Numbered from the stretch's first letter, positions 10,636 to 21,424 are shown. The stretch is 64,000 bases of DNA from an uncultured delta proteobacterium (GCA_963806225.1 CAWDXG010000004.1:3456001-3520000), one strand, 5' to 3'. The notes: generated from the letters alone by a model not told the origin. Translations and numbers: made by a program.

Positions 10636-12264
10636 ATGCTAGCGGGCGCTCGACACGGGCGCCTATTCTCGTCGGTGGCACTCGCGACGGCCCTCGCGAT
10701 CGGAGTCGGCACCGCGGGGTGTCGCACCTCCGATAGCGACATCCACCGCTGGGGCGACACGCTGCAGGGGCCGCGCAAGCTCGCTGCGGTCGTCACGCAC
10801 GACAAGTTCCCCCTCCCCTTGAGGGTGGAAGCGGCGATGACGCTGATCGAGATGAAGCCACGCGGTGGCAAGCAGGTCGGAATCGAGGGCGTGGACAACG
10901 ACCCGGAGGAGCCGGGAGTCGTCAATGCGATCGCCTCGCTCGTTCCAGCCGAGCGCTCGCTCATCATCGAGAAGCTGATCCCCGAGCTGATCCAGAAGAT
11001 GAGCGAGCCGCCGCCCAGAGCCCAGGGCGGGCAGCCCGCACCCGCCGACCCGTCCCACTCGTACAAGGACGGAGCGTTCGCACTGCTCAGCTACGACGAC
11101 GGGTCGCTCATCACCGACGAGAATCTCAAGAAGCGGCTCAAGGCCGCGCTCGCCGAGTGGTGCATGACGGACTTCGCCGCGCGCCTGGACGACTCCTCGC
11201 AGATGTTCGGCGTTGAACAGGTGTTGCGCGCCCTCGGCACACAGGGCGTCAAGAAGCTCCCGGATCTGATCCAGCCCGGCGCAAAGAAGATCGAGCGCAT
11301 GGCCGACCTGATCTCCGACCTGGGCGACGAGGAAACCAAGCTACGCGCCAGCACGAAGCTCGTCGCCGTCGCGAAGGAAGTCAACTCCGACCACTGGAAG
11401 AAGCAGAAGGCACCCGCCGTAGAAGCCGCCAACAAGGCGTCCAAGCTCGAGCCCACTCCGAGGCAGTTCCAGGCGCAGCTCGATCAATACCAGGAAGAAG
11501 AGTTGCTGCGCGTCTTTGGATCCATGAAGAAGGTCGGCGGACGGCCCGCCGTCGACTACCTGATCGATTTCGCGGAGAACAAGGACTATTCCGCCAAGCG
11601 CCGCTCCGCCGCCGTGGCCGCGCTCGAGGGCCACCTCGACAAGAACAAGCCGGACGAGGTCCAGGCGATGCTCGAGCTCGCCGGCGCCGACGACACGCCC
11701 GACGACTTGCGCGATCAGGTGCTGCGGCGCGTCGGCGAAATGCCACGCAAGCTGGTCGTGAACAAGCTCTACGAGCTGTTCAAGAACGACAACTGGAAGA
11801 TCCGCTGGGTCGCCGCCGAGCTGGTGTTGAAGATGTCCGACACCAGCCAGGTCGGCGAGTTCATGACGAAGCTGGGCCGCGTCAAGGGCATGGCGATCAC
11901 CGAGCCGCTTCGATACGGCGCGCTAATCGGCGGCATGAAGGGGCCGAAGACGCCCGAACAGGTCGCGGCCCGATACGCGGCTCCGGGTCACGCCGTCCAG
12001 GCCCGGTTGAGCGCGCTCGGCTACTACTATAACGACGGGACGAAGGAGGATTTGTCCAAGGTGCAGCGCTACGAGAGCGACCGCACGAAGGTTCCCCAAT
12101 GCAACGAGGATGCCGAGGACTGCGCATGGCAGTGCACGATCACCCAAGGCAAGTCCCAGGAGACGAAGGACATCAGCACCGTCGGCGACTTCGTCCGCTA
12201 CTGCGTGGAACCGCAGATGAAGAAGAACAAGAAGGCGGAGAAGAAGGCCGACAAGAAGAAGTAG
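10636..12264 (+). CDS. Putative lipoprotein with HEAT-like helical repeats
   Basis: Long ORF with hydrophobic leader and TAGC lipobox; HEAT-like segment LFKNDNWKIRWVAAELV. Alternative start at 10603. Confidence 0.65.
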   Translation: MLAGARHGRLFSSVALATALAIGVGTAGCRTSDSDIHRWGDTLQGPRKLAAVVTHDKFPLPLRVEAAMTLIEMKPRGGKQVGIEGVDNDPEEPGVVNAIASLVPAERSLIIEKLIPELIQKMSEPPPRAQGGQPAPADPSHSYKDGAFALLSYDDGSLITDENLKKRLKAALAEWCMTDFAARLDDSSQMFGVEQVLRALGTQGVKKLPDLIQPGAKKIERMADLISDLGDEETKLRASTKLVAVAKEVNSDHWKKQKAPAVEAANKASKLEPTPRQFQAQLDQYQEEELLRVFGSMKKVGGRPAVDYLIDFAENKDYSAKRRSAAVAALEGHLDKNKPDEVQAMLELAGADDTPDDLRDQVLRRVGEMPRKLVVNKLYELFKNDNWKIRWVAAELVLKMSDTSQVGEFMTKLGRVKGMAITEPLRYGALIGGMKGPKTPEQVAARYAAPGHAVQARLSALGYYYNDGTKEDLSKVQRYESDRTKVPQCNEDAEDCAWQCTITQGKSQETKDISTVGDFVRYCVEPQMKKNKKAEKKADKKK

Positions 12265-12306
12265 TCATACTGGCTGCTGGAAACGCCCCCGAATAGGTAC
12301 TGCCGC

Positions 12307-13144
12307 ATGAGCTCCGACCCCAACAAGAAGACCCCGCGCAACTTCCAGTGCCGGGACTCTCTCTGGCACAAGTTCGAGCAGATGGCGCGGGAGCTCGAGT
12401 GCTCCGTCGACTATCTGGTCAACGACGCGATGAAGCAGTACGCACGGCAGCGCGGCTACACGAGCACTGCCGCGCAACCGGCCGCCGGGCCGCCGCCGCC
12501 TCCCGCCGGCGACGCACGGCGCGCCGCCTCCGCCGCCCCCTCCGCTTCCGGGCGGTCCGCCGCCCCCACCTGCCTCCGCCCAGCGTCCCTCCGGGGGCCC
12601 ACCTCCGCCCACAGCGCCGCGCGGCTACAGTGGAGGCCCGCCGCCACCTCCGCCGCCGCCTGCTGCACCCGGCAGCGGCGGGCGCAGGCCCCCTCCGCCG
12701 CCCACGCCGAGCCGGATGCCTCCGCCTCCGCCTCCGCCTGCAGCGCCCCCGCATCACGGTCCGCCTCCGATGTCGCCCGCTCCGTCGCGGGGCGCGCCGC
12801 CTCCGCCGCCCATGCCGCGCTCGGTGCCGCCGCCGCCTCCGCCTCCGCCGGCGCAGCAGTACGGCGGCTCGCTGAACATCTACTACCAGGGCGAGCGCTT
12901 CCCCATCACGAAGGACCGCTTCATCATCGGCCGCGGCAAGCAGTCGAGCGACCTGACGATCAAGGACCCGAACGTGTCGCGCCAGCACGCGATGGTCGAG
13001 TTCTTGAACGGCCAGTACTACATCGTCGACATGGGCTCGACGAACGGGGTCGAGTACAACGGACAGCGCGTCCAGCGGAAGGTCGTCAACGAAGGCGACA
13101 TGTTCAAGGTCTGCGACCACGAACTGCACTTCTCGTTCCGCTAG
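12307..13144 (+). CDS. Ribbon-helix-helix-like + Pro-rich linker + FHA domain protein (frameshift in linker)
   Basis: N-term KTPRNFQCRDSLWHKFEQMARELECSVDYLVNDAMKQY; C-term FIIGRG...DPNVSRQHA...DMGSTNG is a canonical FHA. Confidence 0.8.
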
Positions 13145-13195
13145 TATTCCAAGCACCCGCCGCTAGCACTCCGTCGCTTCACCCGGTCGGGCCCA

Positions 13196-14116
13196 ATGCA
13201 TGTAGCGGTCGTCGGGGCAGGGTCGCTGGGACGGATCTACGGCGTGCATCTGGCCGCGCATGGCGTACCGGTCACCTTCGTGGTGCGACCGTCGCGCCTC
13301 GGCGAGACGAACGCATTCGTCATCCGCGACCTGGCACGCGGTGGGCGCCGCCGCGCGGTTGCGCATCCCTCGCTGTCCGCGGAAGTCCCGGCGGATGCCA
13401 CGGTGATGCTCCTGGCAGTGCGGGTCGACCAGATCGACACGGCCCTGGAGCAGACGCTCCGCGCGGGTCCGCCCGTGCCGCTGGTTTCGCTCACGCCGCT
13501 CCTGCCCATCAGCCGGCGCCGCGTGGACGAGTTCGTCGACGGACGCTGCCGCCCCGCCCTGCCCAGCGTCGCCGGCACACTCGACGAGTACGGCGTGGTC
13601 CGCTACCGCGTGCTGCCCCGCACGAAAACCCTCGTGGAATCGGAAAACGGCCGGGACCCCGCCCTGGTCGAGTTGGTCGAAGCACTCGACAATGCCGGCA
13701 TCCCGGCGGCGCTGGCTCCGGGCGTCAGCCGCCGCAATCCCGCCACGACAATCGCGTTCTTCCCGCTATCGCTCGGGCTGTCGCAGGCGGGCAGCGCGAC
13801 TCTGCTGGTCGCCGACCGCGAGCTGCTCCGTCTTTCGCTGGCGGCCTGCACGGAATCGCGCGAGCTGGCGCGGCGCATCGGCCCCGTGGAGCCGGCTCTG
13901 GCGTTGATGCGCTTCGCGGGCGCGCGCTCGCTCAGGGCGCTGGTTGCCGTGGCGCGCCGCTTCGCGCCGGAGGCGCTCGCGTATCTGGAGCGACATTTCG
14001 GCCACAAGCTCCAGGCGCAGCACCGCGCGATGGTGGCCGAGATCGAGGAGCTCGCGCGCGAGAAGGGCGTGCCGATGCCGGCCTTCGGCGAGCTCGCCGC
14101 GCGCACCCGACGCTGA
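13196..14116 (+). CDS. Ketopantoate reductase (PanE/ApbA) family protein
   Basis: N-terminal Rossmann motif VAVVGAGSLGRIYG...VTFVVR; about 300 aa. Confidence 0.65.
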   Translation: MHVAVVGAGSLGRIYGVHLAAHGVPVTFVVRPSRLGETNAFVIRDLARGGRRRAVAHPSLSAEVPADATVMLLAVRVDQIDTALEQTLRAGPPVPLVSLTPLLPISRRRVDEFVDGRCRPALPSVAGTLDEYGVVRYRVLPRTKTLVESENGRDPALVELVEALDNAGIPAALAPGVSRRNPATTIAFFPLSLGLSQAGSATLLVADRELLRLSLAACTESRELARRIGPVEPALALMRFAGARSLRALVAVARRFAPEALAYLERHFGHKLQAQHRAMVAEIEELAREKGVPMPAFGELAARTRR

Positions 14117-14166
14117 CAACCACCGCGGCTTTGGTCCGGATCCGGAGAGCGGGCTACGATCACGGC

Positions 14167-15417
14167 ATGCGCGGCGCCGGCGCCCTGCCACTTCTGATCG
14201 TCCTCGCCACCGTGCCCGCCGCGGCGCAGAGGAAACCCTGGGTGGATGCCGGCAGCGTTCCGTTGTCCTCTCGGGCCCACAGCGTCGAGGTCGTGCGCCA
14301 CAACGAACAGCTCTTCTCGCAGCCGGACTCCCGCTCCGCTCGAAGAGGCACGGCCATCCAGGGCGCGCACCTGCCGCTGTTCGGGGCCACGCACGGCCCG
14401 GGCTGCGCGGGCCGCTGGCTCTCGGTCGGCCCCACGGCGTGGGTGTGCAGCGCACACGTGCGGCTGTCGCCGGCGCCGGCCCTCGCGCCGCGGACCGCTC
14501 CGCCACGGTTTGCCGACGGACTGCCGTACCACTACTACTTCGTCGGGCCGGACGGCTCGCTGGGCTACGCCGAGCTGGCCGGCGCGGAAGAGGGCGCGCC
14601 CGATGCAGAGCTGCAGCCGGGGTTCGCGCTGGCCGTGATCCGCGTAGCCAACAAGGCACCGGGCGATCCCTTCGGCCTGACTACGCACGGCCTGTGGGTG
14701 CCGATGCGGGACCTCGGCGCCGCGCGCCCGTCGCTGTTCCACGGCAGCGAGCTCTCCGGTGGACTGGATCTCGGCTGGGTCGTGGCCGACAGCGCGCCGG
14801 TCTACGAAAAACCGGGAGGCAGGCGCCTGCCGCACGCGGTTCGCACGCAATTCGAGAAAGTCACCGTGCTCGAAACGGTGACGCGCCATCACCATCGCTG
14901 GTTCCGCGTCGGCGAGGGCCAGTGGATGAGCGACGGCGAGCTGCGCGTCCCGACTCCGGCCCCGCTCCCGGTCCACCTCCGGCCAGGCGAGCGCTGGATC
15001 GACGTGGATACGGACGCCCAGATCCTCACCGCCTACGAAGGCGGAAAGCCCGTGTTCGCCACGCTGGTCTCGACCGGCAAGGGGCGCGAGGGCAGCGAGC
15101 TGGCCACGCCGAAGGGCGCATTCCACATCTGGGTGAAGCTTCGCAGCACGGACATGGACAACCTGGAAAACGAGGAGGCCAGCCGCTACTACGCCATCGA
15201 GGACGTGCCCTGGGTGATGTTCTTCAAGAAGGGCTACGGCCTGCACGGCACCTTCTGGCACCACTCCTTCGGGCACGTCAGAAGCCATGGCTGCGTCAAT
15301 CTGACGCCGCTCGACGCCGAACGGCTCTTCTACTGGGCCGGCCCCCGGTTGCCCGCGGGCTGGTCGGCCGTGCTGCCCACCCGCCATGACCCCGGAACGC
15401 TGGTGCGCGTCCGCTAG
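14167..15417 (+). CDS. L,D-transpeptidase (YkuD family)
   Basis: Signal peptide; WIDVD...LVSTGK...TPKG...LHGTFWH...SHGCVNL catalytic motif. Confidence 0.9.
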   Translation: MRGAGALPLLIVLATVPAAAQRKPWVDAGSVPLSSRAHSVEVVRHNEQLFSQPDSRSARRGTAIQGAHLPLFGATHGPGCAGRWLSVGPTAWVCSAHVRLSPAPALAPRTAPPRFADGLPYHYYFVGPDGSLGYAELAGAEEGAPDAELQPGFALAVIRVANKAPGDPFGLTTHGLWVPMRDLGAARPSLFHGSELSGGLDLGWVVADSAPVYEKPGGRRLPHAVRTQFEKVTVLETVTRHHHRWFRVGEGQWMSDGELRVPTPAPLPVHLRPGERWIDVDTDAQILTAYEGGKPVFATLVSTGKGREGSELATPKGAFHIWVKLRSTDMDNLENEEASRYYAIEDVPWVMFFKKGYGLHGTFWHHSFGHVRSHGCVNLTPLDAERLFYWAGPRLPAGWSAVLPTRHDPGTLVRVR

Positions 15418-15471
15418 CCCGGGGACGCCGGATCTATCGCCCGTCGGCGATCGCTGACCTAGAATGCAGCC

Positions 15472-15915
15472 ATGGACCTGGATATCGGACGGGACACACT
15501 GATGGCCCTGGCGGCGGTTGCCTGGGCCGACGGCACGATGGCTCCAAGCGAGCAGGCAGGCATCCGCAATGCCGCCCGCCAGCTCCAGCTGGGCGAGGAC
15601 GACATGAAGCTGGTGGAACAGGCGCTCGCGAACAGCGTCAGCCTCGACGAGGTCGAGACCCTCCGCATGAATCGTCTGACGCGCCTGTTCACGTATGCCG
15701 TCGGCGCGTGGATCGCGCACATCGACGGCGCGGTCCCGAAAGCCGAGCAGGACGCGCTCGATCTGCTGGGTGATCGCCTGGGGCTCTCGAAGGTCGCCCG
15801 CGAGCGCGCCGAGGGCGCTGCGCTGGGCCTGGCCGAGCACCAGGGCGCGGACTTCGATCTGCTCAAGCTCCGTTCGCGCTTGTCGGCGGGCCTCAGCCAG
15901 ATCGGGAACGAGTGA
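15472..15915 (+). CDS. TerB-like protein
   Basis: AVAWADGTMAPSEQ and IAHIDGAVPKAEQ duplicated xDGxxxxxE motifs. Confidence 0.65.
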   Translation: MDLDIGRDTLMALAAVAWADGTMAPSEQAGIRNAARQLQLGEDDMKLVEQALANSVSLDEVETLRMNRLTRLFTYAVGAWIAHIDGAVPKAEQDALDLLGDRLGLSKVARERAEGAALGLAEHQGADFDLLKLRSRLSAGLSQIGNE

Positions 15916-15952
15916 GCCGGCACACGCCGGAGAAACCGCCGACGGCCCACTG

Positions 15953-17662
15953 ATGGTGTCCATCGTCCACGCCGCGCGCGATATCGGCCGGCTACGCACC
16001 ATCACCACGGTTCTGGCGCGCCACGGCTTCGGCGAGATCGGGCGTCGCATCAGCGTAGGCCGCTCGAAGAAGAAGAAAGAATCCGAGCCCCCGTCCTCCC
16101 GCGACGTCGAGCTTCTGGCGCCGTCTCCCGAGGAAGAAGCGCAGGGCGACAAGGAGCGCGAACACGTCTCGCCCGCCGTGCGCGCACGCCTGGCGCTGGA
16201 GGACCTCGGGCCATCCTTCGTCAAGCTCGGGCAGATCGCTTCGACCCGTCCCGACGTACTGCCAGCGGACGTGATTCTGGAGCTCAAGAAGCTGCAGGAC
16301 TCCGTGCCGCCGGTCCCCTTCGACCAGATCAAGGAGCAGGTGGAGACCTCGCTCGGCGCAGAGCTCGGGGAGCTCTTCGAGAGCTTCGACCAGGAGCCGC
16401 TGGCTGCGGCCAGCATCGCGCAGGTGCACCGCGCGGTGCTCAAGACGGACGACGGACCGCGTCAGGTCGTGGTCAAAGTGCAGCGACCAGGCATCGCCGA
16501 GACCATCGCCAGCGACATCGACATCCTGTACACATTCGCCGCGCTGGTAGAGCGCGCCATCCCGGAAAGCAGGATCTACTCGCCGGTGGGCCTGGTGCAG
16601 CAATTCGACCAGGCGATCAACGCCGAGCTCGATTTCTCGACCGAAGCGGAGAACGCCCTGCGCTTCTCGCAGAACTTCGAGTCCTTCCGGAACGTCAAGT
16701 TCCCCAAGCCGTTCAAGTCCGCCTCGAGCAAGCGCGTGCTCACGCTGGAGTACCTCGACGGCAAGAAGATCTACGACGCCATCGCTGTCGGCCACTCGGG
16801 CAAGAAGCTCGCGCGTATCGCGCTCGACATCATCGTCAAGCAGATCTTCGAGGACGGCTTCTTCCACGCGGACCCGCACCCGGGCAACGTGCTGGTGCTG
16901 GGCGAGCCGGACACTCCGATCTTCGCCATGCTCGATCTGGGCATGGTCGGGCGCCTGAGCCCGAAGATGCGCGACCTGACGATCGACGTGATGGTCGGTG
17001 CGGTCCGCAAGGACTACGAGGCCATCGCCGACGCGATGTACCAGATCGGCACGCCGACCAAGAAGATCGACATGGAAGCGTACCGGGCCGAGGTGGCGCT
17101 CCTGAGCGAGAAGTACCTCGGCAAGCAGCTCAAGGATATCGAGCTCTCCGGGATGATCCGCGATCTGGTGCAGGGCGCGACCAAGTATGGCCTGGAGATC
17201 CCGTCGGACTTCATGCTCGTGGGCAAGGCGCTGATGACCGTGGAAGGCGTCGGCAAGGAGATCGATCCCGAGCTCGACGTCTTCGAGGAAGCCAAGCCGC
17301 GCTTTCTGGACCTCCTGCGCAAGCGCTACTCGCCGGAGCGCATCGGCAACGAGCTATTGCGACGCATCGAGCGGCTCAGCGGCGCCACGTACAACATGCC
17401 CCAGCAGATGCAGGAGGTGCTCGACGACCTGCGTCTCGGACGGCTGAGCGTGCGCACCGTGGACCCGGGGCTGGGTCGATACACAGACCGGCTGGGCCGA
17501 CGCATCTTCTCCGGACTGATCGCCGCCGCACTTCTGGTCACCGGCGGCCTGGTGCTCGCCGCCCGCTACGAGGTCGTAGGCTTCGTGCTCATGGGGCTCG
17601 CCATGCTCTGGCTCCTGGGCCACGCGCTCTTCGACGCCTACCGCGGCTTCCGCCAGCGCTAG
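15953..17662 (+). CDS. ABC1/AarF/UbiB-family atypical kinase
   Basis: LGPSFVKLGQ, PLAAASIAQVHRA, VVKVQRP, FFHADPHPGN and LDLGMVG; two C-terminal TM helices. Confidence 0.92.
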   Translation: MVSIVHAARDIGRLRTITTVLARHGFGEIGRRISVGRSKKKKESEPPSSRDVELLAPSPEEEAQGDKEREHVSPAVRARLALEDLGPSFVKLGQIASTRPDVLPADVILELKKLQDSVPPVPFDQIKEQVETSLGAELGELFESFDQEPLAAASIAQVHRAVLKTDDGPRQVVVKVQRPGIAETIASDIDILYTFAALVERAIPESRIYSPVGLVQQFDQAINAELDFSTEAENALRFSQNFESFRNVKFPKPFKSASSKRVLTLEYLDGKKIYDAIAVGHSGKKLARIALDIIVKQIFEDGFFHADPHPGNVLVLGEPDTPIFAMLDLGMVGRLSPKMRDLTIDVMVGAVRKDYEAIADAMYQIGTPTKKIDMEAYRAEVALLSEKYLGKQLKDIELSGMIRDLVQGATKYGLEIPSDFMLVGKALMTVEGVGKEIDPELDVFEEAKPRFLDLLRKRYSPERIGNELLRRIERLSGATYNMPQQMQEVLDDLRLGRLSVRTVDPGLGRYTDRLGRRIFSGLIAAALLVTGGLVLAARYEVVGFVLMGLAMLWLLGHALFDAYRGFRQR

Positions 17663-17673
17663 CGCGCTTCGCG

Positions 17674-17820
17674 CCGGCGCAGCGAAACAAGCCCGCGTCG
17701 AGCCAAGCGGGGGGCGTGAAGGCGCGCGGGGGGGGCGGAGCCCCCCGGAGGACTACGGTGCGGGTGGGCGGGCGGGAGACAAACCAATCCCACGCCGCAC
17801 CGCGATGCCGCAGCGACCCG
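17674..17820. repeat. Interspersed structured repeat, copy 2
   Basis: Homologous to 321-470; hairpin cggtgcgg-gtggg...cccac-gccgcaccg; lies between convergent genes. Confidence 0.75.
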
Positions 17821-17823
17821 GCC

Positions 17824-18162
17824 TCAGCCGATCTTCAGCCAGAGCAGGAACGCGATCGCGAACGCGAACAGCACCAGCGACTCGATCAGCGCCAGACCCA
17901 GGATCATCGGGGTCTGGATGCGCGCCGCGGCGCCGGGGTTGCGGCTGATGCCCTCGAGCGCTGCCGAAGCCGCGCGCCCCTGGCCCATGCCGCCGCCGAG
18001 GACCGCAAGACCGATCGCGATACCGGCGCCGAGCGCCGCCATCGACTGGACATCGAACTTGTTGGACGACGCAGCCGCCGCACCCATCTGCTGGGCGAAC
18101 GCGCTCGAGCTGACGAGCGTGGTGATGGCGGCGGTGGCGAGCGCCAGCTTCTTCCTGGACAT
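17824..18162 (-). CDS. atpE: F0 ATP synthase subunit c with N-terminal extension
   Basis: GGGMGQG...EGISRNP...LALIES. Confidence 0.95.
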   Translation of the reverse strand: MSRKKLALATAAITTLVSSSAFAQQMGAAAASSNKFDVQSMAALGAGIAIGLAVLGGGMGQGRAASAALEGISRNPGAAARIQTPMILGLALIESLVLFAFAIAFLLWLKIG

Positions 18163-18241
18163 TGTTTCTGTCTCCTTTTGAACTTGGATCAGGCGAGCCT
18201 GTAGCCGGTTTTCGGGGAATATTCCACCCCGGACAAGAGGT

Positions 18242-19012
18242 TCAGTGGTGCTCGGCGGGCTCTGTGGCCAGGCCGATGTAGATGCTGGTCAAAAGCGCGA
18301 ACACCAGCGTCTGCACCACCACGACGACGATCGTGAGAATCATCGCCGGCAGCGGGATGACCACGCCGATGAGCCCGAGGAAGATGGCGACGATCAGATG
18401 GTCGACCGCCATGTTGAGCATGAGCCGGACAGCCAACGTGATCGGGCGCACGCAGAGCGAGATGACCTCGATCACGAAGATCAACGGCATCATGTACCAG
18501 ACCGGGCCCGCCAGGTGCTTGACGTAGTCCCAGCCGTTTTCCTTGAGCCCGTAGAGGTTGAACAGCACGAACACGACCAGCGCGGACCCCGTCGTGATGC
18601 TCAGGCTGCTGGTGCAGACCGGGAAACCCGGAACCAGCGCCACTACGTTGGCGAAGAACACGAAGCACGCCGAGCCGCCGATGATCGGGAAGTACTGCTT
18701 CGCGCGCTCGGGGCCCATCACGCCCTTGGCCAGATCGTAGAAGTAACCGAGGAAGGTCTCCATGAAGGTGCGCAGTGTGAGCCGGTCGTCCGGAACCACG
18801 GCGTCCTCGGTCCTGGAGAGCTTCGAACGGACGCGCAGGGAGATCAGGATCAGGACCACGCACACCAGGAGAGCGGTGATCAGCGGCTCCCAGCTCTTCC
18901 AGTCCGGCGCCTTGTGCAGGACGAAGCTCTTGCCGATGAGCCCGGCATTGTGCGCGAGCGTCCCGTGGACGTACTCGAGCAGGTAGGTGAGCCAGGTCGT
19001 GCCTTCGGGCAT
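18242..19012 (-). CDS. atpB: F0 ATP synthase subunit a
   Basis: [13 protein letters not shown] and [14 protein letters not shown]. Confidence 0.95.
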   Translation of the reverse strand: MPEGTTWLTYLLEYVHGTLAHNAGLIGKSFVLHKAPDWKSWEPLITALLVCVVLILISLRVRSKLSRTEDAVVPDDRLTLRTFMETFLGYFYDLAKGVMGPERAKQYFPIIGGSACFVFFANVVALVPGFPVCTSSLSITTGSALVVFVLFNLYGLKENGWDYVKHLAGPVWYMMPLIFVIEVISLCVRPITLAVRLMLNMAVDHLIVAIFLGLIGVVIPLPAMILTIVVVVVQTLVFALLTSIYIGLATEPAEHH

Positions 19013-19016
19013 GGCG

Positions 19017-19403
19017 TCAACTCTCTCCGTGAGCGGGGGAAAGCCCGCCGAGCTGGGCGGCGACGATGCCGATCGGCAGCGCACCGTATCCGATGATGAG
19101 CGGCAACACGTCCGCGATCCCGCTCCGGACAAGCAGGAACATGCCACCGAACAGCACTGCGAGCTTGACCAGGGCGACGAAGCCCCAGGACATCTTTCCG
19201 CGGCCGCCGAGGAAGGTCGAGACGAGCCGCCCGAGCACCCACAGGTTCAACACGGCTGCGGCGGCACCGATGGCGACGGCCAGCATCATGCGGGGACCGC
19301 CGGCGTACCAGGCACCCGCGGTCAAGAGCGCGCCGACAATGGCGACGACACGCAATACGCCTCCGATGCCGCTCTCAGTGCCGTGGGTTGTCTCGTCGGT
19401 CAT
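19017..19403 (-). CDS. atpI: ATP synthase subunit I-like membrane protein
   Basis: Four TM helices, positioned directly upstream of atpB. Confidence 0.7.
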   Translation of the reverse strand: MTDETTHGTESGIGGVLRVVAIVGALLTAGAWYAGGPRMMLAVAIGAAAAVLNLWVLGRLVSTFLGGRGKMSWGFVALVKLAVLFGGMFLLVRSGIADVLPLIIGYGALPIGIVAAQLGGLSPAHGES

Positions 19404-19653
19404 GGAACCTCTTGCGCGCTTCCCGCTCTTCCTGTTCCTGTCTCTCTGCTTCGCGATTGGCCCGCTGCACAGCGCCCCAGATGGTGCGGTAGCCAGCAGC
19501 GACGCCGAAACCCAGGCCGACCAGAGTCAGCCAACCGTGTGCTCCGAGCTTGTGGTCGAGCCACCGACCCACGAAGAGCCCGAACAGGACGCTCAGCACA
19601 AACTCGAGGCCGATGGTCCCGTAGCTACCGACACCTTTCCAGTGTTGCTGCAC
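19375..19653 (-). CDS. AtpZ/AtpI-family protein
   Basis: IGLEFVLSVLFGLFVGRWLDHKLG...GLGFGVAAG pattern. Confidence 0.8.
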   Translation of the reverse strand: MQQHWKGVGSYGTIGLEFVLSVLFGLFVGRWLDHKLGAHGWLTLVGLGFGVAAGYRTIWGAVQRANREAERQEQEEREARKRFHDRRDNPRH

Positions 19654-19675
19654 TCAAGCCGTTAGGCGGCGGTCG

Positions 19676-19703
19676 ATTAGCACGCCCCCGTACCGGGGGT
19701 CAA
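19676..19703 (-). promoter_or_regulatory. Possible sigma70-type promoter of the F0 cluster
   Basis: Minus strand TTGACC-N16-GCTAAT just upstream of the AtpZ-like gene. Confidence 0.35.
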
Positions 19704-19779
19704 TGACGCTTCGCCGCATCGCGTCGAGGCCCCTCTGGCGGCGCCGAACGCGGCCGCCCGACGGTGCTATTCTCCGCGC

Positions 19780-20698
19780 ATGGGACGCCTGAGCATCGCG
19801 CTCCTCGTCATGTTCGCGGCACCGGCCGCGGCCTGGGCCCAGTCGCCCGCCGCCGGCTCCGTGAAGGCGCCGAGGCCCACTGGCAGCTCCAGCGCCCCCG
19901 CCTCGGAACAGCACCCGCCGTCGTACTACTACGTCGAGCCGGCAACGCCGGGCTCCGCGCCCAGCTCCGCGCCCGCCGCGAACCCCGGCGAAGCCCCGCC
20001 TCCACCCGGCTACGGTCCCGACCTCGTCTACGAACCTCCTCCGCCCCCCACGCCGCATCACGTGGCGCCGAAGACTTCGCTCTGGGCGGGCGCGCGCGTC
20101 GGCTGGTTCGTCCCGTTCGGCAACCTGTGGGGCACCTGCGCGCAGCCGGTCGGCAACCAGTGCCAGCTGTACAGCGGCACCAAGTGGAGCGCGTACGCCT
20201 CCTCGGGTCCGATGTTCGAGCTCGATCGCCGGTGCCCGGCTCGCGCGCAACTACAACCTGTTCGCGCTGTGGGAGCACGCCTCGCTCGGCAAGGGCAGCG
20301 CAGAGCCCGATGCGCACGGCGGCCAGAAAGCCGGCGGCACCGACTACTACGCGCTCGGTGTGCGGGTTTCGTCGAATGCGGACAGCATCGGCTTCCTCAC
20401 CGAAATCAACATCGGCTACCGCCGCTTCCATGCGCTGTGGTCGGACGGCAGCGAGCTCCAGCTCACCAACGCGCCCTTCGAGTTCCGCATCGGCATCGGT
20501 GCGGACATCCGCATCAGCCGCGGTTTCTCGCTCTCGCCGATGGTCACGCTGGGCGCGGGTGGCTTCGGCACCGTCAAGCGCATCGGCCCGAACGGCGCGA
20601 AACAAGCGGTCGACCCGCCCGTCGACGAGACCGGCGGCCATGCCTGGGCCACGCTGCAGCTCGGCGGGCACTTCGACATCGCGGGCAGCAAGGACTAG
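19780..20698 (+). CDS. Secreted outer-membrane beta-barrel-like protein with Pro-rich N-terminus (frameshift near 20230)
   Basis: Signal peptide (AWA), amphipathic strands, C-terminal WATLQLGGHFD. Confidence 0.6.
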
Positions 20699-21345
20699 TC
20701 GTCGCAGAGGATGCTCTCGGCCCGTTCGAGCTGTGCCTCGACGGCTGCGATGAGGGCGGGGCGCAGGGCGCGCACGGCACCGGCGCGATGACTGATGGCG
20801 TTCTTCTCGCCTTCGCCGAGCTCCGCCATCGCGCGCCCCCCGTACTCGTCGACCACGAACAGCGGGTCGTAGCCGAATCCGCCGCTGCCCCGCGGCGTGC
20901 GCGCGATACGTCCGTCGCAGCGACCCTCCGCGAATTCAACGTCCGCATTCCACGGGCTCGCCAGCGCCAGTACACAACGGAAGCGCGCGCCGCGCGCCTC
21001 TTCGTTGATCTCCTCCAGCTCGCGCAGCAGTGCAGCGTTGTTCTCCGCGTCGGTAGCGCGGTTGTGCGCGAAGCGAGCCGTGCGCACTCCGGGGCGACCG
21101 CCCAACGCGTCCACCTCCAGCCCGCTGTCGTCGGCCAGCGACAGCATGCGCGTCAGCCGGCACGCGTCCCGCGCCTTCTGCTCGGCGTTGCCTTCGAAAG
21201 TGTCGGCATCCTCCGCCAGCGAAACGTCGCCGACCACGTCGTGGACGCTCACCAGCTCGATGGGCAGGTCACCCAGGAGCGAACGCAGCTCGGCGAGCTT
21301 CCCCTCGTTCGAGGTGGCGAGCACGACGGTCAGCACGCGGGGCAT
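20695..21345 (-). CDS. rdgB: dITP/XTP pyrophosphatase (HAM1 family)
   Basis: LATSNEGK, ADDSGLEVDALGGRPGV, GFGYDPLF and KNAISHR. Confidence 0.95.
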   Translation of the reverse strand: MPRVLTVVLATSNEGKLAELRSLLGDLPIELVSVHDVVGDVSLAEDADTFEGNAEQKARDACRLTRMLSLADDSGLEVDALGGRPGVRTARFAHNRATDAENNAALLRELEEINEEARGARFRCVLALASPWNADVEFAEGRCDGRIARTPRGSGGFGYDPLFVVDEYGGRAMAELGEGEKNAISHRAGAVRALRPALIAAVEAQLERAESILCDD

Positions 21346-21424
21346 GGCGCCTCGCATACTAGCTTCTAGCTGTTGGCCGTTCGCGGATAGCTGTCGGGCA
21401 CCGCGCTACCTCCGCAGATCGCGA

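Noticed and set aside
12307..15417. 1036-aa fusion ORF
   Set aside because: Artefact: a frameshift joins the RHH start to the L,D-transpeptidase frame, running across the real FHA and PanE-like genes
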